In this document: piece after piece, positions 27,850 to 35,731 of the stretch
Layout: every line of letters starts with the position of its first letter
Position numbering within the stretch: position 1 is the first letter of the stretch
From: Bacilli bacterium
GTDB taxonomy: Bacteria > Bacillota_I > Bacilli_A > RFN20 > CAG-826
Reading direction: 5' to 3'
Assembly (NCBI GenBank): GCA_017940265.1
Contig: JAGAYY010000031.1
Coordinates: 9,151-73,150, forward strand
Length of the DNA: 64,000 bases
Translations under genes and position numbers: made by a program
Notes under the pieces: generated by a model
Database searches by the model: none
Seen by the model: the letters and a program-made list of their open reading frames with translations, nothing else
Told to the model about the DNA's origin: nothing

Positions 27850-28590
27850 TTATTCACCTCTATCAAACTCTTTCGGCATAGGTGTAGGCACTCTTTTATG
27901 CTCACTAATCTTATGGAGATGTTGAATGCGCTTTTCCACCGCTTCATCAACCTTCCCGCCTAAGATATAAGCATCTAAATCTTTATAGGTTACACCCATT
28001 TCTTTTTCATCAGTTTGGCCTTCAAAAAGGCTCGCTGTTGGAACTCTTTCCGCTAAATGGTTGCTAATACCTAATAGCTTACTTGCTTCCACGACTTCGC
28101 CTTTTAATAAATGCGCGATAGGAAGAATATCGCATGCTCCATCACCATGTTTAGTGAAGTAGCCTGTATATCTTTCATCAGCATTATCTGTGCCAATAAC
28201 TAAACCATTATATTTTTGCGCATAAGCATATAAAATGCTCATTCTAATACGCGCTTTTAAATTACCTAAAGTACTTCTATCGAAATCATGGCCGAGCTTT
28301 TTAAATGTATCTACATAGCCATTGAAGATTTCAGTAGCGTCCACTGTGACATAGTTTAAGTCCAATTCTTTCGCTAAAAGAAGAGCGTCATCTTCATCAG
28401 CTTTTTGGCTTTCAATTGGAATGATTAAACATAATAAGCGGTCTTTACCGACAGCGTTTCTGGCTAAAGCCGCGCATAAAGAAGAATCAACACCACCAGA
28501 AATACCAAGCACATAAGTTTTGCAGTGGGCTTTTTCAATATATTCCTTTAGGAATTGTTCGATTTCTTTTAAGTATTGTTCTAATTTCAT
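27850..28590 (-). CDS. nadE: NH3-dependent NAD+ synthetase
   Basis: 246 aa with the PP-loop SGGVDSS and NadE-like C-terminal motifs. Confidence 0.9.
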   Translation of the reverse strand: MKLEQYLKEIEQFLKEYIEKAHCKTYVLGISGGVDSSLCAALARNAVGKDRLLCLIIPIESQKADEDDALLLAKELDLNYVTVDATEIFNGYVDTFKKLGHDFDRSTLGNLKARIRMSILYAYAQKYNGLVIGTDNADERYTGYFTKHGDGACDILPIAHLLKGEVVEASKLLGISNHLAERVPTASLFEGQTDEKEMGVTYKDLDAYILGGKVDEAVEKRIQHLHKISEHKRVPTPMPKEFDRGE

Positions 28591-28592
28591 AA

Positions 28593-29870
28593 CTATCTCA
28601 CGTATTCAAATTCGAAGTCATCTAAGATGACAGTATCGCCATCTTCTGCCCCTCTATTTTCTAATTCATCATCGATTCTAAGAGCGCGAATCTTACTCAT
28701 TAAGACCATCATGCCTTCATCAGTGGAGATGTTAGTCATATGGTAGAACTTAAGCATCTTTTCACCTTCAATAGACCAAGTATGAGCATCAATTCTTCTA
28801 ATAGTGAAGAATGGTTCTTCATCTTCAAGAGTATAGGTCTTATGGTCAAGATCTTCTTCTTTAGCATCATAAAGTGGGAATAAAGGAGTACTTTTAAGAA
28901 CTTCCGCACATTTATAGAGGAGTTTATCAATATTCTCTTCAGTAATCGCACTGATTGGAATAATTTCTTTACCAATTTGTTTTTCTAATTTTTTGAGTTT
29001 TTCATTAGCCCCTTCTTCATCCATCTTACTAGCGACAATGATTTGTGGGCGTTTATCTAAAGCAAAACCATATTCTTTAAGTTCATTATTAATGATTTGA
29101 TAGTCTTCATAAGGATCTCTACCTGTTTCAGATAAGTCAATAACATGAACAATAACACGGCATCTTTCAATATGTCTAAGGAACTGTAAACCTAAGCCTT
29201 TACCTTGGTGAGCACCTTCAATTAATCCTGGTAAGTCCGCCATCACGAAGGAGCTACCATCTTTAACAGAAACTACACCGAGATTTGGAGTAATTGTGGT
29301 AAATGGATAATCAGCAATTTCAGGTTTAGCAGCACTAACCACACTTAAAAGTGTGCTCTTACCAACACTTGGGAAACCAACTAAGCCGACATCGGCTAAA
29401 AGCTTGAGTTCAAGAATTAATCTTTTTCTTTCGCCTGGTTCACCGTTTTCGGCAATCTTAGGCACTCTATTAGTGGAACTCTTGAAGCAGGAGTTACCTC
29501 TTCCACCTCTTCCACCTTTAGCGACTCTAATCATCTTGCCATCTTCATTTAAGTCACCTAAGAACTCTTTGTCTTTTTCTAAATAGACAACTGTTCCCAC
29601 TGGGACATCGACGATGACATCTTCTGCGTATTTACCATATTGGTTTTTGATACCGCCTTTTTCACCATCATTAGCGATGAAGGTTTTGCTATGGCGGAAA
29701 TTAAATAATGTATTGATGGTTTTACTGGCTCTTAAAAAGATTGAACCACCACGACCACCGTTACCACCGGCAGGTCCACCCTTTGGGACATATTTTTCAC
29801 GTAAAAAGGCAATGGCGCCATCGCCACCTTTACCACTTCTTACTTCAATAACTGCACGATCAATAAACAT
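28593..29870 (-). CDS. obg: GTPase Obg/CgtA
   Basis: Gly-rich Obg fold (MFIDRA..SGKGGDG), G domain GFPSVGKSTLLS, and a C-terminal OCT domain. Confidence 0.95.
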   Translation of the reverse strand: MFIDRAVIEVRSGKGGDGAIAFLREKYVPKGGPAGGNGGRGGSIFLRASKTINTLFNFRHSKTFIANDGEKGGIKNQYGKYAEDVIVDVPVGTVVYLEKDKEFLGDLNEDGKMIRVAKGGRGGRGNSCFKSSTNRVPKIAENGEPGERKRLILELKLLADVGLVGFPSVGKSTLLSVVSAAKPEIADYPFTTITPNLGVVSVKDGSSFVMADLPGLIEGAHQGKGLGLQFLRHIERCRVIVHVIDLSETGRDPYEDYQIINNELKEYGFALDKRPQIIVASKMDEEGANEKLKKLEKQIGKEIIPISAITEENIDKLLYKCAEVLKSTPLFPLYDAKEEDLDHKTYTLEDEEPFFTIRRIDAHTWSIEGEKMLKFYHMTNISTDEGMMVLMSKIRALRIDDELENRGAEDGDTVILDDFEFEYVR

Positions 29871-29905
29871 AAAATTCTTCTTTCTTTTCTATTATATAAG
29901 AAAAG

Positions 29906-29935
29906 CATACAAAAAGACCACTAAAATGTGGTCTT
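29906..29935 (-). terminator. Terminator of the rplU-prp-rpmA operon
   Basis: AAGACCAC-atttta-GTGGTCTT hairpin followed by TTTGT on the minus strand. Confidence 0.7.
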
Positions 29936-29953
29936 AATGTTCTTTTTTAACAA

Positions 29954-30238
29954 TTAGTCTTGTGGAACGACTTTCACGAGTGTTCTGTCTTTGCCAGAAC
30001 GTTCATACTTCACAACACCATTACATGTGGCGAAGATGGTATCGTCTTTACCTTTTTTGGTATTGACTCCAGGATAAATTCTTGTTCCTCTTTGACGGTA
30101 GATAATGCTACCTGCATGGCACCATTGTCCATCGGCGACTTTAGCGCCAAGTCTACGACCAGCAGAATCACGTCCGTTTTTTGTGGAACCGACACCTTTT
30201 TTACTAGCAAAGAGTTGGAGATTTAATTTAAATAACAT
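29954..30238 (-). CDS. rpmA: 50S ribosomal protein L27, with cleavable N-terminal pro-peptide
   Basis: [25 protein letters not shown] is the Firmicutes-type extension removed by Prp. Confidence 0.95.
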   Translation of the reverse strand: MLFKLNLQLFASKKGVGSTKNGRDSAGRRLGAKVADGQWCHAGSIIYRQRGTRIYPGVNTKKGKDDTIFATCNGVVKYERSGKDRTLVKVVPQD

Positions 30239-30262
30239 CTTTATTTCCTCTTTTCTACCGAA

Positions 30263-30574
30263 TTACTTATCGGTTTTGATAGCGATGAACTTCGGATTTG
30301 TTTCGGCTATGGTATTTAACCCACAGACGATTGTTTCAATCACGACTTCATCATGGGCATCTAATGGATGTTCACTTTTGAATAATGCATGTCCTTCATC
30401 TAACTTAATTTCGTAATCTTTAACGTTCACTAAGTTATTGAATCCTCCAGTCACTACTGCACTGACCGCTGCACAGACAAGATCTTGTCCATATTCAGCT
30501 GAGTTAGCGTGACCCTTAACTTCTAAAAAGTTAATTTGGTTATTAGATGCACGGCCAATTATCACTTTAATCAT
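30263..30574 (-). CDS. prp: Ribosomal-processing cysteine protease Prp
   Basis: It sits between rplU and rpmA, with the GHA...VCAAVS His/Cys pattern. The start is trimmed to MIKVIIG. Confidence 0.85.
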   Translation of the reverse strand: MIKVIIGRASNNQINFLEVKGHANSAEYGQDLVCAAVSAVVTGGFNNLVNVKDYEIKLDEGHALFKSEHPLDAHDEVVIETIVCGLNTIAETNPKFIAIKTDK

Positions 30575-30576
30575 GA

Positions 30577-30885
30577 TTAGGCATTGATAGCTTCGATTAC
30601 TAAGCAAGTATATGGTTGACGATGACCAATGGTCTTGTGTTCGTTAGCCTTTGCTTTGTACTTGAAGACGCGGATTTTTTTGCTTTTGCCTTGTTTCTCG
30701 ACTTTGGCTGTAACTTTGGCACCTTCGATATATGGGTTACCAACTTTGAGAGCCTTGTCTCCGATTAGGAGCACTTTGTCGAGGGTGATTTTTGCACCGA
30801 CTTCGGCATCGAGTTTTTCGACGTAGATTTTGCTGCCAACTTCCACGCGAACTTGTTTTCCACCAGTTTCAATAATTGCGTACAT
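30577..30885 (-). CDS. rplU: 50S ribosomal protein L21
   Basis: [14 protein letters not shown]-terminus, 102 aa. Confidence 0.95.
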   Translation of the reverse strand: MYAIIETGGKQVRVEVGSKIYVEKLDAEVGAKITLDKVLLIGDKALKVGNPYIEGAKVTAKVEKQGKSKKIRVFKYKAKANEHKTIGHRQPYTCLVIEAINA

Positions 30886-31000
30886 AATGTCCCTCCTTCT
30901 AATTAATCACTAAGTACTCGCTATTAAGGTACTTAATAAAGTTTCATAAACCTTTTCTATGCGGTTGTAGCTAGTGAGGCGACAACGCATGTAATATAAC
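30886..31000 (-). promoter_or_regulatory. Structured 5' leader of rplU (L21-leader-like)
   Basis: Two strong hairpins on the minus strand: ATGCGTTGT...ACAACCGCAT and TAAGTAC-N11-GTACTTA. They lie directly upstream of the rplU SD, as in low-GC Gram-positive L21 leaders. Confidence 0.45.
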
Positions 31001-31044
31001 ATAAGTTATAAAAGCGTTCAACAATAAATTAAAGAAATTTTCAA

Positions 31045-31752
31045 TTATGAAAATACTTTAGAATGGAGAAAAGAATAATATCCTGTTTGCCCAATGATTA
31101 GATGATCAAGAAGTTTAACCCCTATCTTTTCCGCTCTCTTATTAATTTTTTCGGTAAATGTGATGTCAGAAACACTGGGAGATAATGAGTTATTTGGATG
31201 GTTATGAATGAGGTAAAAATAATAGCCATTATGGAGCACTAAAAGATGGATTATTTCACGTGGAGAAATAGTCACATTTTCATCATCGCCTTTATACAAA
31301 ATCTTCTCAAAAATGATTTGTTTATTCTTATTAAGAATAACTAAAACAAAGTTTTCTTGAGATTGTCCCACTAATGAAAGAGCGTATCTCTGGTAAAGAG
31401 AGTCGCTATTTACTTCCGCTTTTTCTTCATAAACAAGACGTGTTTTTTCATTCATTCTTTTAGCGATTTCAATGGTCGCCGCAAGCTTTAAAGCGTTCAC
31501 TCTCTTTAACCCCTTAAACGAATGAAAATATTGATATGGTTTGTTATATAAAGCCGTTAATGTGTGACAGTCATTTAATACTTCTCTAGCAATATCAAGG
31601 GAGGAATGTCCAACTGTTCCAACGTTGATAATAAGGGCTAATAATTCCTCATCACTTAAAGTTTCAATCCCAAATCTAGCCGCTTTTTCGCGTGGCTTAT
31701 CTAGAGTGGGTAAATCATCAATCTTGCTCATTAGTTCCAAGAGAATTTCCAA
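31045..31752 (-). CDS. radC: RadC-family JAMM domain protein
   Basis: HhH N-terminus (PREKAARFG..LSDEELLA) and JAMM motif HNHPNNSLSPSVSD. An alternative start at 31731 overlaps the upstream stop as TAATG. Confidence 0.85.
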   Translation of the reverse strand: MEILLELMSKIDDLPTLDKPREKAARFGIETLSDEELLALIINVGTVGHSSLDIAREVLNDCHTLTALYNKPYQYFHSFKGLKRVNALKLAATIEIAKRMNEKTRLVYEEKAEVNSDSLYQRYALSLVGQSQENFVLVILNKNKQIIFEKILYKGDDENVTISPREIIHLLVLHNGYYFYLIHNHPNNSLSPSVSDITFTEKINKRAEKIGVKLLDHLIIGQTGYYSFLHSKVFS

Positions 31753-31913
31753 CCACCTGGGACAGTGGCACTGCCTTTAGAGGAACGGAACAAACGATAG
31801 ATCACTACTGCCATAATGGCAACACATAAAATAGCCATAACTGCAGTCACTGTAATGGCTTCACCAACATAGTGGTTTTGCATCTCTTCTTTGCTGAGTA
31901 ATGTATAAGTCAT
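31731..31913 (-). CDS. Small single-TM membrane protein (60 aa)
   Basis: The start MTYTLLSKEE is preceded by AAGGAGG, and there is one hydrophobic helix (ITVTAVMAILCVAIMAVVIY). It is translationally linked to radC. Confidence 0.5.
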   Translation of the reverse strand: MTYTLLSKEEMQNHYVGEAITVTAVMAILCVAIMAVVIYRLFRSSKGSATVPGGWKFSWN

Positions 31914-31951
31914 AAAAAAGACCTCCTTATTAATTAAATAGGGAGGTTTTT

Positions 31952-34564
31952 TCAAATTTGTCCGAAAATTATGCAATTTTTTTCTTTTTTTTCTAATAAA
32001 ACTTGTAAATTCTCTTGATGTTTGGCTAATTTTTCACGTTCTAATGCAATCTTAGCTTCAGGAGCTTTATTAATGAAGTTAGGATTATTAAGCATATTTT
32101 CGCAGCGTTTGATTTCGTTATTTAAAGCTTCGATATCTTTATTTAATTTTGCGAGTAATTCGTCTTTATTAACATTACTAGCGATATAAAGTTCAGCTTC
32201 ATTATAGATATGAGCTTCACCTTCAACGTGTTCATCTTTCTTTAATAACTTCACTTCAGAGAAACTGAATCTCTTGAGGTAGGCTAAGAAGCCATCAAAC
32301 ATACTTTCTTTAATTAATAAAGATAAGTCAAGATTAGCGTTAGGCGCTAATTTGTTTTCGATCTTGTAGTTTCTCACATCCTTAATAAGATTAAATAAGA
32401 GATCAACTTGATAGTCTTTAGATTCATCCACTAAGTTATCTTCATATTTAGGATAACTTTCAAGCATGATTGACTCTAAATGAGTTGGTAAAGAACAATA
32501 TAATTCTTCAGCGATAAAAGGCGTATATGGATAGATGAGAAGAATAATATTCTTCAAGCACTTAAGTAAGACCGCTTTTGTGGTGTTCTTCACTTCTTCA
32601 TTTTCGCTATTTAGAGCGACTTTAGACATTTCTAAGTATTGAGAGCAGAAATCATCATAAACGAAGTTATACAAGTGGTTACTAGCCGCATTGAAGTCAT
32701 ATTTATCCATATTCATGGTGACGTTTTTAATTGTGGTATTAAGTCTATTGATAATCCACTTATCCAAAGCAGACATCTTATCTAGAGATAATTCACTTTC
32801 CTTATAATCATCACCAAGGATGGATAACACATAACGCGCGCTATTCCATATTTTATTTAAATAATTAGAAGCGGCTTGGACTTTCTCATCGATATATCTC
32901 ATATCTTGTCCAGGTGTACTGTTAGTGGTTAAGAAATATCTAAGTGCATCCGCACCATAATCGGCAATGACTTGAATTGGATCAACGCCGTTTCCTAATG
33001 TCTTTGACATTTTACGGCCTAATTCATCTCTAACTAAGCCGTGAATAACAACTTCTTTAAATGGTCTTTGACCTGTCATTTCTAAGCTTTCAAAAATCAT
33101 TCTTGAAACCCAGAAGAAGATAATGTCATAACCAGTGACTAAAACATCAGTTGGGAAATATCTTTCTAAGTCTGGTGTTTTATTTGGCCAGCCCATTGTG
33201 GAGAATGGCCATAACTGAGAGGAGAACCATGTATCAAGAACATCGCTTTCTTGTTCCCAGTTTTCCATATCACTTGGCGGATCCATTAAAACCTTAACTT
33301 CACCTGTATGCTTATTATAATAAGCAGGAATACGGTGACCCCACCATAACTGACGAGAAATACACCAGTCTTCGGCTTTTTCCATCCATTGGATAAAGAC
33401 TTTTTCAAATCTTTCTGGCACAAAGTTAACTTTAGTGGATTTCTTTCTTTGATTGGCTAAAGCTTGCTCCGCGAGTGGGCGCATCTTAATAAACCATTGT
33501 TTAGAAAGCATTGGCTCCACGACCGCGTTACTTCTTTCACTGTGACCAACTGGGTGGACGATTTCTTCTTGTTTAACAAAATTACCTTCTTTTTTAATGT
33601 TTTCAATTAAGGCTTCACGACAGACGAATCTATCCATGCCCTTGTACTCTCCACACTTTTCATTCATCGTAGCATCTTTATTAAAGATGATTGGTTTTTC
33701 TAAACCATATTTTTCACCGATGATAAAGTCATTTGGGTCATGGGCAGGTGTACATTTCATCGCCCCAGTACCAAAATCAATATCAACGTATTCATCACAA
33801 ATAATTGGTAATTCATCATGGTTAGCAGGATTTATAACCTTCATTCCATGATATTTTGTGTATCTTTTATCTTTAGGATTAACGACCACACAAACGTCAC
33901 CGAACATGGTTTCTGGTCTAGTTGTGGCGACGATTAAGGATTCATCACTACCGACAATTGGGTATTTGAAATAATACATATAACCCTTGTCATCTTGGTG
34001 AATAACTTCAACGTTACTAAGGGCGGTCATTTGCACTGGATCCCAGTTAATGATTCTTTCGCCTTGGTAGATTAATCCTTTGTTGTATAAAGTCACGAAG
34101 ACTGTTCTAACTGCGTAATTTAAGCCTTCATCAAGAGTGAATCTTTCCTTGTTATAGTCAAGAGCAAGACCCATTTGCGCCCACTGCTCATGGATGTGGC
34201 TAGCGTATTCATCTTTCCAGCCCCACGCCCACTTCAAAAACTCTTCTCTTGTGATTTTCGTCACGTCTTTGCCCATATTTCTGAGCTTTTCCATGACTTT
34301 CGCTTGAGTGGCAATACCAGCGTGGTCCATGCCTGGAAGCCATAAAACATCATAGCCTTGCATCTTCTTATAACGGACAATGATGTCTTGAATGGTTGTG
34401 TCCCAAGTGTGACCAATATGTAACTTACCAGTAACATTTGGAGGTGGGATGACAATGCTAAATGGTTTCTTAGAAATATCACCACTTGCAAAGTAGCCAG
34501 CTTCTTTCCATTTCTGGTATTTTCCTTTTTCCACTTCAAGATGGTTATAACGTTTTTCTAACAT
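31952..34564 (-). CDS. valS: Valine--tRNA ligase
   Basis: 870 aa with HIGH (GKLHIGH), KMSKS (KMSKTLGN), a CP1 editing domain and a C-terminal coiled coil. Confidence 0.95.
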   Translation of the reverse strand: MLEKRYNHLEVEKGKYQKWKEAGYFASGDISKKPFSIVIPPPNVTGKLHIGHTWDTTIQDIIVRYKKMQGYDVLWLPGMDHAGIATQAKVMEKLRNMGKDVTKITREEFLKWAWGWKDEYASHIHEQWAQMGLALDYNKERFTLDEGLNYAVRTVFVTLYNKGLIYQGERIINWDPVQMTALSNVEVIHQDDKGYMYYFKYPIVGSDESLIVATTRPETMFGDVCVVVNPKDKRYTKYHGMKVINPANHDELPIICDEYVDIDFGTGAMKCTPAHDPNDFIIGEKYGLEKPIIFNKDATMNEKCGEYKGMDRFVCREALIENIKKEGNFVKQEEIVHPVGHSERSNAVVEPMLSKQWFIKMRPLAEQALANQRKKSTKVNFVPERFEKVFIQWMEKAEDWCISRQLWWGHRIPAYYNKHTGEVKVLMDPPSDMENWEQESDVLDTWFSSQLWPFSTMGWPNKTPDLERYFPTDVLVTGYDIIFFWVSRMIFESLEMTGQRPFKEVVIHGLVRDELGRKMSKTLGNGVDPIQVIADYGADALRYFLTTNSTPGQDMRYIDEKVQAASNYLNKIWNSARYVLSILGDDYKESELSLDKMSALDKWIINRLNTTIKNVTMNMDKYDFNAASNHLYNFVYDDFCSQYLEMSKVALNSENEEVKNTTKAVLLKCLKNIILLIYPYTPFIAEELYCSLPTHLESIMLESYPKYEDNLVDESKDYQVDLLFNLIKDVRNYKIENKLAPNANLDLSLLIKESMFDGFLAYLKRFSFSEVKLLKKDEHVEGEAHIYNEAELYIASNVNKDELLAKLNKDIEALNNEIKRCENMLNNPNFINKAPEAKIALEREKLAKHQENLQVLLEKKEKNCIIFGQI

Positions 34565-34565
34565 A

Positions 34566-34790
34566 ATAAGATCTCCTATAAAATAAAAACGCCCTATCTA
34601 AGGACGCTCTCACGTGGTACCACCTTAGTTCGTAGAATCATCTACGCACTTCATTAACCTATTTTCGCTAGGTAACGATTCCTCCAAAGCGACCTTCATC
34701 TACTTCTTCTATCGAGCTTCCACCATCCTCGATTCTCTATGAGAAGATTTATAGATTACTCCTCTTCTTCAACGGACGATAACATTATAC
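34566..34790 (-). promoter_or_regulatory. T-box riboswitch leader of valS
   Basis: The minus strand carries the T-box sequence AACTAAGGTGGTACCACGTG (plus-strand 34605-34624). A terminator follows (GCGTCC-ttagata-GGGCGT plus TTTTTATTTT). An AGAGA box is present, and a GUA (Val) triplet sits in the GAAGAAGUAGAUGAAGG candidate specifier region. Confidence 0.85.
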
Positions 34791-34794
34791 TAAA

Positions 34795-34977
34795 GTGACA
34801 TACTCCCACCACTTAAAGAAGTGGGGGCTTCTTGCTCGAGGAGTCTAATGACCCCAGCATAAACAAGCTATCCGGATGTGTCCCATCCTTTGTAAGTATT
34901 GTAGTTCCCTTACTTAGAATATTTTTCGTGGCGTTTATATCTTTAACATGAATAAATCCACATTTAGGACAAGTCTA
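34795..34977 (-). mobile_element. tnpB: 5'-truncated IS200/IS605-family tnpB remnant with right-end hairpin
   Basis: The minus frame 34974..34813 reads TCPKCGFIHVKDINATKNILSKGTTILTKDGTHPDSLFMLGSLDSSSKKPPLL*. This gives the CxxCG zinc finger, a D-x-NA-x-NIL RuvC-III motif and a typical ...KKPP tail. An in-frame TAG lies immediately upstream. The end hairpin is GAAGCCCCCAC-TTCTTTAA-GTGGTGGGAGTATGTCAC. Confidence 0.7.
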
Positions 34978-35093
34978 TTTCATATCGCATCGTCCTATTA
35001 TTAGGATATCAATTTATTGATATATTCTCAACAAATATTTACTGTTTTATATAGAAATTTACTTGTTTTTATAAACGTTTATAATTAGCAATT

Positions 35094-35144
35094 CATCCCC
35101 CACCTGTAGAGGTAGCCATCAAATTGATGTGGTGACTTCTTGCT
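35094..35144 (-). repeat. Second orphan IS605-type right-end-like hairpin
   Basis: Minus strand: AGCAAGAAGTCACCAC-ATCAATTTGATGGCTACCTCTACA-GGTGGGGGA. It shares the AGCAAGAAG-[YCMCCAC]...[GTGGKGGG]A frame with 34795-34836. No ORF is attached. Confidence 0.4.
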
Positions 35145-35152
35145 AAAATATG

Positions 35153-35731
35153 CTAAAGGCTATTCTCAATCCCTTTTTTCAAAAGAGATAAACTATCATT
35201 CTTCAGTATTGATGTATAAAATACTTGCTCATTAGCGAGTCCCATTTCTTTTAGGTATCGATTAAGAGTGGACTTTTTCTTTTGATTAACCTTATCGTAT
35301 TTAGTAATGACTAAAGCAAAAGGAATATTATTTTCTTTAACGTATTCAACAATCTCAAGGTCATCTTCGCTTAATTCTCTTCTAGCATCAAGTAAGATTA
35401 AAACAAGTTTTAAATCCGTGTTGTTATCAAAATAAGAAGACATCATTTCAGCGAATAATCTATCGAGATCAATGCCCCCTTTAGCGTAGCCATATCCAGG
35501 AGCATCAACGAGATAGAATTTACCGTCTATATCGTAATAATTTAATAATCTAGTATGACCTGGTTTGCTACTTGTAAAGGCAAGTTTTTTCTTTTGTGTT
35601 AAGGCGTTAATGAGACTAGATTTACCAACATTAGAACGCCCAACGATTAAAACCTCAGGTTTTTGCGCCTGAGGTTTTTCATTTCTATTCGGGCAAGATT
35701 TGATGAATGTCGCGTTTAGAAAATTAATCAT
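35153..35731 (-). CDS. engB: Ribosome-biogenesis GTPase EngB/YsxC
   Basis: G1 motif GRSNVGKSSLINAL and G3 motif DAPGYG. It overlaps the lon stop, giving the lon-ysxC order seen in Bacillus. Confidence 0.9.
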   Translation of the reverse strand: MINFLNATFIKSCPNRNEKPQAQKPEVLIVGRSNVGKSSLINALTQKKKLAFTSSKPGHTRLLNYYDIDGKFYLVDAPGYGYAKGGIDLDRLFAEMMSSYFDNNTDLKLVLILLDARRELSEDDLEIVEYVKENNIPFALVITKYDKVNQKKKSTLNRYLKEMGLANEQVFYTSILKNDSLSLLKKGIENSL

